Shown here: one piece after another, positions 32,995-42,749 of the stretch
Layout: the number at the start of each line of letters is the position of its first letter
How positions within the stretch are numbered: position 1 is the stretch's first letter
NCBI GenBank assembly: GCA_002269645.1
Contig: NIVC01004541.1
Coordinates: 1-42,749 of the forward strand
Direction: 5' to 3'
DNA: 42,749 bases
Source: Macrostomum lignano
Taxonomy: Eukaryota
Made by a program: the position numbers and the translations under genes
Notes under the pieces: generated by a model
Database searches by the model: none
Told to the model about the DNA's origin: nothing
The model's input: the letters and a program-made list of their open reading frames with translations, nothing else

Positions 32995-33240
32995 CCAAGG
33001 ACTCCTTTCTAAAAATCTACTGGACTAGAAGTCCAATTGGGTCAGCCAAGGAGTCCTTTCTAGAAGTCAACTGGACTGGGAGCCTATCAGAGAAATCCAA
33101 GGACTCTTTCGATCTAAAAATCTACTGGACTGGAAGTCCAATCGGGTCAGCCAAGGGCTCCTTTCTAGAAGTCAACTGGACTGGAAACCTATCAGGTAAA
33201 ACCAAGGACTCTTTTCTAAGAGCATACTGGACTGGAACAC
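32995..33240. repeat. ~100-bp tandem repeat (about 2.4 copies, ~50-bp subunits) between ETFB and NSA2
   Basis: CCAAGGACTC...CTACTGGACT...GGGTCAGCCAAGG...TTCTAGAAGTCAACTGGACTGG recurs. Confidence 0.75.
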
Positions 33241-33938
33241 TAGGAAAATAGAAGCAGCAATTTTACCTTTAAAAAGCACAAATCTTAAAACATTTTTAAA
33301 CTAGGAAAATTCAATTCAACAATGAAACAATCATATTCGGCTTTTATTTCATATCAATTCATAGCTAAACAAAAAATTTAACAAGAAAAGGTTGCGGTAC
33401 GATTTACCTTGTCCAGAACGCGAACACAGTAAAAAACACATTTCTTGTCGAAAATGAATAAGCAGCTTTAAGACCAGTGGATACCTATAGTAGCATATGG
33501 ACTGGAACACTGGGCTGGGAGCGGCATAATTTATTAAACTCAAATCAGCGCTATAATGAGAGCGAGCAGCAATTTGATAGGCTAACTATTATCGATACAC
33601 TATATAATTTACTAATCGCCAAATGGTTTCAATTAAAAACACAGCATGAGCTAAGCTGTCAATCAAAGCCAGGGGAATCTAATGGAGCAAAGTGAAAACA
33701 CGCACACAAAATAATGGCAATCTTTCGTAGTTTGCTTTAACTGGTTTTCTTATAAATTCATTCTTCGTCACAATTTAAACTCGCGCCGAGATAAACTCCA
33801 GCTGTCGTTAAATACGTAAGACGCAATTGAGCCCCAAAAAAGATTGCCATAATATAGAATTCTCATTGGATTAACACAGCCCCCGCTCCTAAAAGGCTCT
33901 CCAGTTCAAACACCAACTTGGCTGCGCAATCAATCAGT

Positions 33939-35782
33939 CTACTTCACCAGACCCTTCTCGCGAAGCTTGCCAACGAGGTCTTCCACTGATTCAACTTTGG
34001 CGCCAGCTTTGCGCACCGGCGGGTCCTCGACGCTGATCACCTCCTGGCGGGGCTGCAGATCCACGCCGAGCTGGTCGGGGGACATCTTGGCTAGCGGCTT
34101 CTTCTTCGCCTTCATGATGTTCGGCAGGGTTGCGTAGCGGGGCTCGTTCAGCCGCAGGTCGCTAGTCACGACGGCCGGGACCGACACATCGATGGTCTCC
34201 AGGCCGCCGTCCACCTCGCGGGTCACCCGGAGCTGCTTAGAGTCCTGCGGAGGGTATTGATGGGCAATGGAGAGTCAGTGATGGCAATGGAGAGTCAGTG
34301 ATGGGAAATGGAGAGTCAGTGAAGGCAATGGAGAGTCAGTGATGGCAACGGTGAGTCAGTGATGGCAATGGAGAGTCAGTGATGGCAATGGAGAGTCAGT
34401 GATGGCAATGGAGAGTCAGTGATGGAAATGGAGAGTCAGTGATGGGAAACGGAGAGTCAGTGATGTGCGATGGAGAGTCAGTGATGGGAAATGGAGAGTC
34501 AGTGATGGCAATGGAGAGTCAGTGATGTGCGATGGAGAGTCAGTGATGGAAATGGAGAGTCAGTGAAGGCAATGGAGAGTCAGTGATGGCAATGGAGAGT
34601 CAGTGATGGAAATGGAGAGTCAGTGAAGGCAATGGAGAGTCAGTGATGGCAATGGAGAGTCAGTGATGGAAATGGAGAGTCAGTGAAGGCAATGGAGAGT
34701 CTGATGGGAAATGGAGAGTCAGTGAAGGCAATGGAGAGTCAGTGATGGGAAATGGAGAGTCAGTGATGGGAAACGGAGAGTCAGTGATGTGCGATGGAGG
34801 GTCAGTGATGGGAAATGGAGAGTCAGTGATGGCAATGGAGAGTCAGTGATGGCAACGGCGAGTCAGTGATGGCGATTGAGAGTCAGTGATGGGCAATGGA
34901 GAGTCAGTGATGGCAATGGAGAGATAAGATACGATCTATAACAGAGTCGATTAGATCTATAAGAGAATCGATGAGATCTATCATCGATGAGATCTATAAG
35001 AGAATCGAAGAGATCTATCAGAGTATCGAAGAGATCTATCAGAGAATCGAAGAGATCCATGAGAGAATCGAAGAGATCTATAAGAGAATCGAAGAGATCT
35101 ATCAGAGTATCGAAGAGATCTATCAGAGAATCGAAGAGATCTATCAGAGAATCGAAGAGTTCTATCAGAGAATCGAAAGAGATCTAACAGAGAATTGAAG
35201 AGATCTATCAGAGAATCGAAGAGATCTATCAGAGAATCGAAGAGATCTATCAGAGAATCGAAGAGATCTATCAGAGAATCGATAGAGGTAACAATCGCTA
35301 ACCTGGCTAGGCTCAATCTTGGAGGCGAAGGTGGCTTGAGGCCAGTCAAGCAGGGCAGCCAGCATCTGGCCAGTCTGGTTGCAATCGTCATCAATAGCCT
35401 GCTTGCCAAGGATGACTAAATCCGGTTTCTCTGATTCGCACACTTTGGCCAATAGCTTTGACACGTGAATTGGCTGCAGTTTCTCTAATTGGGCCAGCGG
35501 AATCTCAACGTGAATGGCCCGATCGATGCCCATCGCCAGTGCGGTGCGCAGAGTCTCCTGGGACTGCGGCGGGCCAACCGAGATGGCCACGGCTTCGCCA
35601 GCCAGTTTCTTCTCTTTCATGCGGACAGCCTCTTCTACAGCGATCTCGTCGAATGGGTTCATGGAGTGCTTGACGCCCTCGGTCACAACCCCAGACCTGT
35701 CTGGTTTGACGCGAACTTTAACAGCGTAGTCAATGACTCGCTTGCAGCCAACAAGAATTTTCAGGCCTTTGCTTGCCGCCAT
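33939..35782 (-). CDS. ETFB: Electron transfer flavoprotein subunit beta, 261 aa; exons 35782-35303 and 34244-33939
   Basis: [87 protein letters not shown]; phase-0 GT-AG intron of 1058 bp. Confidence 0.97.
34258..34920. repeat. ~20-bp minisatellite (GATGGCAATGGAGAGTCAGT) in the ETFB intron
   Basis: About 33 tandem units. Confidence 0.95.
34960..35287. repeat. 21-bp minisatellite (GAGATCTATCAGAGAATCGAA) in the ETFB intron
   Basis: About 15 tandem units; source of several spurious ORFs. Confidence 0.95.
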
Positions 35783-38508
35783 GTCTGCTTTGTTGATAAT
35801 ATGAATATACTTGGCATGCATAAGGCCAATTCAATAGTAATGTTAGAGCCTGGGTTTCAAGTGTCAGCATTGCAGTGCATGCAGTGCATCAGAAAAGTTC
35901 AAAATCAAACAAACCACCAACATCTCTACCCTACCCTTTACACTGCTGAGTCTCTCTGGCTGACAGAAGTGTCAAAAGTCTACAGACTTAATCTTTTACA
36001 GATTACTCCAATTTGACAAGTGATAGAAACCTTGAAATCCCAAAAGTCCTGGGTCCCAATTAGGGGAGTTCAGGTTTCCATTTTTGGTTAATTAAACATT
36101 TATTTAATCTAATATCATATCGCAAATAGTCTATTATATTTATTATAGAAACTAGAGATAGATTGTAACTGATTTTTCAATTGAAATTTTAAGACAAAGT
36201 TTTCTAAAATTGAAATCATTTTTTAAAATCTTCTAGTAATAGTGCATTTTAATGATGAGGCAAAGACAAAACTTAATTATTTGAAGCACAAAACTTATAC
36301 TTAGATCAAAATAGTTATAAACTGCAGCTCATGGCTTAATTGACATCTTCAATATAAAAATAAAGAACAGATTAAGTCAGATGAATCAATACAACTTATA
36401 TAGTAAATTGTTAAATATGTACCAATTTGGGATATGAAATCTTGACTCTTAAGGCAATGGGATTAGGCACAAAGTCTAAACTAGTAAGATTCCAAATAAA
36501 AATGGAGAAATAGGATGTGCAGACCTTAGATATACAGATATATAGATAGACTAGGCCTATCAAACAAATAAATAGGTAACTAGGAATAAATAAGAACAGG
36601 GATAAGGTAGAAGGTTATTGCTTATTGATATATCAAGCACTTTGTTTATCTATTGCTTTCTTCTTTTCTATTTTCCTCCCTAACCATTTTATCTTACATG
36701 TTTTATAGACAAAATATGTATAAAATTTGAAATTTAAAATTGGTATATTTAAATCTTTAAATAAAGTTGATTTATATATCTTATATTTGCTTATAATTAT
36801 ATATTTAATATTATGTGGTAGCCAGTGGTTATAATATAAAATTGTAGATATTTATGATTCTAAGAAGATAAGAAAGACTAGAGCTCCAATTGAAAGCTAT
36901 ACTATTATAAGAAAGACAACCTAGCTAGCTATTGCTAATTGTATATCTAATTGTGATTAAAATAGCCAATATTGAATAAACAAGGATAATTGCAATGTTT
37001 CTATATATTTAATAGACCTAATTTATTATAACCTAATATTAATAACCTAATAATGGATAATATTAAGCTATAGCTTGTTTCTTATTATTGTTGTTTTATC
37101 TATACTAAAAATTATTGATCTAGATAGGTAGATAAGTAGGTAGGTAGGACTATATGATTGATTTTAGCAAAAATAGCAATTTGTGACAGAGAGTGTACTC
37201 CACCCTAGACAGTCTGTCCCCCAGCGTCTAGTGCACTGTCTTGGTAGACATCATGCGCAACCTCCAAAATTCGGTCAGCCATGCGACTTAGTTTTAACAA
37301 AAATGCGACATAGTTTTTGGCCAAAAATGTGACATGTAAAAAACCCTAGCATAAGTAGCGTAAAGCAAAATTAATGCTACTTTGGGTAAACGGCAGGAGT
37401 AACTATGATTGTCTTATTAAGTCAAAATGCCTCATCAGCTACTTAGTACTACTACTTGGGTATTATTTTGGTTGGGCATTTTTGCGACTTCCTTGTTTGG
37501 CCACCAAATTGGTTGGCTGGATCGGCTGACTTGGCCAACTGTTGCACATGTATATTGGTAGAAATGCACTATCTATCTCTATGCAGCGTGGGCCAAGCCC
37601 CAATTGATTGGTTCAACCTCTGTAAGATCTGCATGTCTGGAAGCTGGGGAGGGGGGGACAAAGACTCATATTGCACTGGCCTACTATAAGGCTCTTTGTA
37701 TCCCCATTCCATGCTTTATCATTTTTCCACTCTGCAAAATATACTTGCTCTGCGTGCAATACATAGCAAGTTTTGTCACTAGCTACAAATTACTATATTA
37801 GGCCTAGCTAAAGCTTTGCTATAGCTATAGTATAGGCCTAGTATTATATTGCTATCTAGACTATTATGCATTCCAAACTCTGCATACAGCATGGCTACAT
37901 ATACAATATCTAGCTGCCTTTCCAAGGCATCTATCAGGGTTCTATGTCTTAATGTTATATAATAATAGTTATAATGGAATTTACCAGCTAAGCTACAAAT
38001 ATAAATATAGGAAACATTAATATTAGCTTGAAAATTATGTTTCTAAAATGAGTTAAAGTTATATATATCATTTCAATAACAATTATTACTAATAAAAAAT
38101 CAATAGCATATTTAGGAATAAAGGCTAAAAGCATCCTTATAAAATATAAGTTTTAGTTTGACTTTATAATTTTTGTATATTGCTAGGCCCTATTTTATAT
38201 TTTATTTAAATCAATCAATCAAAAGCAAAGATACAATTTGGTAGGCTTAGGCCTAATCTATCTATGTCCCCTTCAAAACTTTTTTAGATCTATGCTTATA
38301 TAATAAAAAATAAGGAAATATATAGACCTAGGGCCTAGGCTTACCTTACTCTTAATTTAGAGCTATGGCCATCTTGGATTATTGGTATATGGCCATGGCT
38401 ATCTTTGTCATGTGCCTAATAATAACATTGATTATGCCTAAATATAAATTAAAACAATATTGCAATTTGGCCTATGCAATTATGGGTAACTAATAACTAA
38501 TAATAATA

Positions 38509-39857
38509 CTTCGCCTGTCTGGAAAGTTGTGAGAATGTGTCAGTCAAGCAAGAAAGCAGCAAGCTGATGACATGGCACACATAAAATTTCAATGATAGCC
38601 TCATAGATGTCTATGGTGAAAATTCTTGTTATTCTAGCAGCAAAATTAGGGGCAGGGGCGAGCTCAGCATAAAGTGCTCAAAAACCAATGCAACGGGGTG
38701 ATCAAGCTTGAAAAATTTAAAAGAGAGTTTGTCAAAATGGAAGATTTCCAGGCTTATGCCTACGCTAGATACCGTCTTGGAATCTCTGCTATTAGTTGTT
38801 ATGATGAACTACTTAAAGTTTATGGAGATGCCGCACCAGGTCAATCAACAGTTTACAGATGGTACTCAAAGTTCCGTGATGAAGCATTTCCCCTGGCCTC
38901 AGCTCCTCGGACTGGCTGGCCACGGTCAACAAGGACAATGGAACGGATCGAAACCTGCCAAGCTCTAGATGAAGAGGATTCATCAGTTAGTGTCCGAGAC
39001 CTCGCCGACTTTTTGGAAGTTGGTAAAACAACAGTGCACGAAATTTTGACCGAGGATTTGCACCTTCGAAATGTTTCTGCCGTCTGGGTTCCTCATGCTC
39101 TATCCAAGGAGAACAAGACTGCTCGCATCAATTGTGCCAAGCAAATCCACAGGCTTTTTTACAACGAGGGGGTGGAAAACTTTTGCAACAAGTACGTGGT
39201 GGAAGATGAGACGTGGGTGTACCTGAACAACACTGGCACAAAGCAAAACAACAGGTGCTGGCTTGGCCAAGGAGATCATTGGCCCCAGGTTGTCAGGCAC
39301 TCGGTCGGGAATGCAAAGACAATGCTTCTGGTTGCTTTCATTCCAAGCAAGCGCTTCTCCATTAAATCCACAGCCCCGAAGCAAACTGTTGATGCAGATG
39401 GCTAGTTGAATTCATTCGACACACGGGAGACCTATGGCATACTCTGAGGTCAAAGCCAATTCACCTGTCGGATGTTCTTTGGCAGTGGGACAATGCGCGA
39501 CCTTATGTAGCCCGTTCTGTGCAGCAGTACATGGAGTCCTGTGGATTTCAGCTGGTATTTCAGAGTCCTTACAGCCCAGACTTCAATCTGTACGACCATT
39601 TTTTGTTCAGTTGGATGAAGACTGATTTCTCCAGGCAAGTATTCAGCAACCACAATGAAGTTCAAGAAGCTGCGTTGCAGTGGGCAAGAGGCCTTGACAA
39701 AGATTGCTTAAAAAGAGAGGTTCAGCGACTCATTGACCATTGCCAAGTTGTAATCAATGCAAGGGAAAATTACATTACCAACTAGTGTTGTTATTGTGTT
39801 TTTGATAGTTCTAACTGATTTTTTAAATACATTCTCGCAACTTTCGGACAGCTGAAG
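38509..39857 (+). mobile_element. Full-length mariner (DD34D) DNA transposon, 1349 bp
   Basis: ~29-bp imperfect TIRs (CTTCGCCTGTCTGGAAAGTTGTGAGAATG / CATTCTCGCAACTTTCGGACAGCTGAAG), TA on both sides (38507-38508, 39858-39859), internal transposase. Confidence 0.95.
38737..39785 (+). pseudogene. Mariner transposase with a single frameshift near 39400
   Basis: HTH region (PGQSTVYRWYSKF), WVPHAL, EDETW, WDNARPY and YSPDFNLYDHFLF, with 34 residues between the 2nd and 3rd catalytic Asp. One missing base at ...GATGGCTAG breaks the frame. Confidence 0.92.
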
Positions 39858-40940
39858 TATAATCAACCAAACCAAATTCTTAACTATTGCCAAGGTTGCT
39901 TAATGGTTGGCCATTACCTATGTAGTAGCGGTACTGTATTTCTAGGAATTATTGTTTTAAAACTAGCGCAAAAATTAATATTCTTTTGTTATAATATGCG
40001 AAATATTCTCAAGTTGTAAGAGTTTTTTTAAATATACGCAATTGACTAGGAGAAATAGAGAGAGCCGAAGGGATGGAAGGATAACTTGTTTGCTAGCCAC
40101 AAGCTCAAAACATGTTCGATAACTTCTATCAAATCATTGCTTATTTCTAAGAGTATTACAGAAAAGGTTGAAAGTTGCAATTGGAATTCATGCAAAGAGT
40201 AGTATTAAGAGTAATCGCTGTGACCCTCTAATCTCAGTAACACCCAGACTGGAGAAAGAGAGAGAGAAAATACATATAGCAGTACTAGACTGCTCAGGCG
40301 ATATACTAGCCTAAGAATGCTACCAGACCATATACTAAGAACACTACCTAGAAATATATGAGATTCAAAGAAACAGTTAGAAAAATTAAGGCAAAAATTT
40401 AGTATCAGCAGTAAAAATTTAATAGAGGGAAATTGAAAACCTGTCACAACTGGTAGCAATCAGTGGGATAGTCAGAGGATAGAAGTAAGCCCTACGACAA
40501 CTTTGGTGCCAACTGTAGGATAATTTCTACTAGAGAGAGCTGAAAGGCCTGTTACACCAATGCATTTAACCATCTAGTGCTAAGGATAAGTGGCTCTTTA
40601 ATAGGGCCTAGAGGCCTAGTAGGCAATAGCTAGGGCCTAGTAGTGGTACTGTCATATAGTGACGTCATACCAGTAACCAAATAGACTAGGCCCCTAGCTT
40701 TAATTGAGTAAACAACTGATAGACCTAGGCCCCTATTCATTTAAGTATAATGTTTTAATTAATGCTTTAATGTTAATGTAAATTAAGTAAGCAAAATTTA
40801 AGTATAATTTAATTTTACATTAAATTGCAGAGCATAAACTTTTTTCTGAAGTCGGCCTAACATGTTTACTGTGCATTCTGATATTTTTTCTTTATGTTCT
40901 AATCAGTTCAATTTCATTTTCAGACTGACCAGCCAACTTG

Positions 40941-41311
40941 TAGGCTTTTCATATTACCGATTCTAGAACCAGAATCGGTTCGAGAAGCTTATTCATATTG
41001 TCTGTTTATTTTCAGAATCGGTTCCAGAACCGTGTTCTAATTCTGGAAATTTGGACGAGAAATTTTCATGTTTACTTACATTTAAACAGTAAAATAGATT
41101 TGAAATCGTCAAGTTCTTATTATCGGTATTTCGTTAATAATAATTCCTTTTTTGTTATATCTACGAAAAAACAAAGTCAAGGAAAGACAAAATTAAATTG
41201 TAAAGACAGGCAAACATAAAATGGGTTCGAAGCTCTTTCATTTTCCTACCGATTCTGGTTCTGGAATCGGAAAATTATTCTGGTTTTAGACCGATCTTCG
41301 TGAAAAGCCTA
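40941..41311. mobile_element. ~370-bp MITE-like element with short TIRs and inverted subterminal repeats
   Basis: TAGGCTTTTCA ... TGAAAAGCCTA; internal GATTCTAGAACCAGAATCGGT vs ACCGATTCTGGTTCTGGAATC. Confidence 0.6.
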
Positions 41312-42049
41312 TCGCTTGAATTGCGTCTTCTTCGGATTTCGATGAAAATTAAAATTTATGATAAACTTAACAGTAACTTTTTGGATAAAGTTAAAATTAG
41401 CGAAAAATTATAGTATATATCGTTTTTTGCATATAACGACGAAAAAATATGACTTTGTTTTATTAGTTTTAGAAGCCTAATCAAACATTTTCGACTTCTT
41501 CAGAAAGTAAAATATTTATTTGTTACTGACTTATCAAAAATAAAAAAACTGTTAATGAATAAGTGTTATTGAATAACTGTTAATAAACCTTATTCATTAA
41601 AAAACTGTAATGAATAAGGTTTAAGTACCTCGCTCAGTATTTTAATCGAAGAATCAGATATTTTCAAATCGTTTATACTAAAATCAGAGCTAAAAACCTT
41701 ATCATGCTGATGCTCTCACTCAGTTAAACTTCTGAATTCACGTCACGATTCTTGAACCTGATTAGCTGAGTTCTTTAGTTGAGTTCTATGCTAAGCTAAG
41801 CTAGGTAGCTAGGCTTGGTCCTATGCGATAGTCTAGATCATTAATTTTTTATATTCTAGACCTATCTAACTGAATAAATTAAATGGTATAATGTCTAATG
41901 ATTTTGTGAAAGTTTTAGGGACCCTAGCCTAGACTGATCACTGATGACGATGTACTATGTAGAAAGTTATAGAAATTTTTCACTTACTAAGTTTTTAACT
42001 TTTATAGGGCCCAACCAAAATTTTTTTGAGGGGAGGGCATAGTCAAGAT

Positions 42050-42133
42050 CATGGCATGCCATGCCTATTACTATCAGATAAATGTGCTTGCATGGCATGC
42101 CATGCCTATTACTATCAGATAAATGTGCTTGCA
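42050..42133. repeat. 41-bp exact direct duplication, each unit starting with the 14-bp palindrome CATGGCATGCCATG
   Basis: 42050-42090 equals 42091-42131. Confidence 0.9.
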
Positions 42134-42749
42134 CTATGTATCTAACTTATTTTTGTCAAAAAAACACAATAACATATATATCTCCATTTTTACAATGATT
42201 TTTGTTTGCTTAGCTTTTGACTAGTTTCTCAAGTTCTGCCAACATTTTGACTTTTGACTGGTTGACCCACCTGACCCCCCTCAACTGCGCGTGACCCCCA
42301 GACAAAATTCTTGGCTATGCAACTGACTATATTATTATAAGCATTAAGTATTTACATTACAAGCTAATTAATTAACAAATAAATAAATAAATTTCAAGTA
42401 AGGCATTTAAAGAGCTATGCTTATAAAACATATAAGATCAGACTACAAAGTGGTAATCAACAACTTTGCTAATGTCATAATTTGTAGCTTGGCCTCAAGT
42501 AGCAAAAAAGAAGGGGTCCTAATACTGCAAACCCCATGCTCTCAGTCACCCTTGTAATAGAGGCAAGCAGTGTTGTTTAGTAGGCTCTCCATCTTTAACT
42601 ATGTTAGCAAAATATCATGCCAAAATTTTGTGCCAAATTGTGCCAAATTTTTTTCCTGCACTGCACTGCATCAATTTCCTCCCCCCTGTCTGCTGTTGCA
42701 CTGGAATGCGCTGACATAGTGCATTTCCAACCTCCTTTTGCAATGGAAT

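Noticed and set aside
33055-33170. TTCTAGAA cores upstream of NSA2 as heat-shock elements
   Set aside because: Only two nGAAn units each, and they are part of a tandem repeat; below a functional HSE.

Overview
Repeat-rich genomic DNA from an invertebrate animal: GT-AG introns, cytosolic Hsp90 ending in MEEVD, TTAGGG repeats, and GC-rich exons among many minisatellites. The style recalls the flatworm Macrostomum, but the sequence alone cannot confirm the species. Four complete spliced genes can be rebuilt by hand, all on the minus strand with phase-compatible introns: Hsp90 (12706-15430, 3 exons, 720 aa, with a TATA box and heat-shock elements), a secreted NDNF/Nord-like protein with an Arg/Lys-rich tail (19912-27485, 6 exons, 826 aa), NSA2 (31740-32861) and ETFB (33939-35782). 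ETFB and NSA2 are co-oriented about 1.1 kb apart and could form an operon. The left third is a direct tandem duplication (1-4012 vs 6721-13527). Its junction joins the 3' half of Hsp90 back-to-back with the last exon of an unknown Gly/Gln-rich gene. One copy carries a 2588-bp Helitron (TC...CTAG, hairpin, A|T target; the other copy shows the empty site). This Helitron encodes 23-aa charged repeats plus an OTU protease domain, has no Rep/helicase, and contains telomeric repeats. Also present: a DD34D mariner with one frameshift, several MITE-like elements, a tRNA-derived SINE, and about ten tandem arrays, some filling nearly whole introns. Family assignments come from recognised motifs, not database searches.
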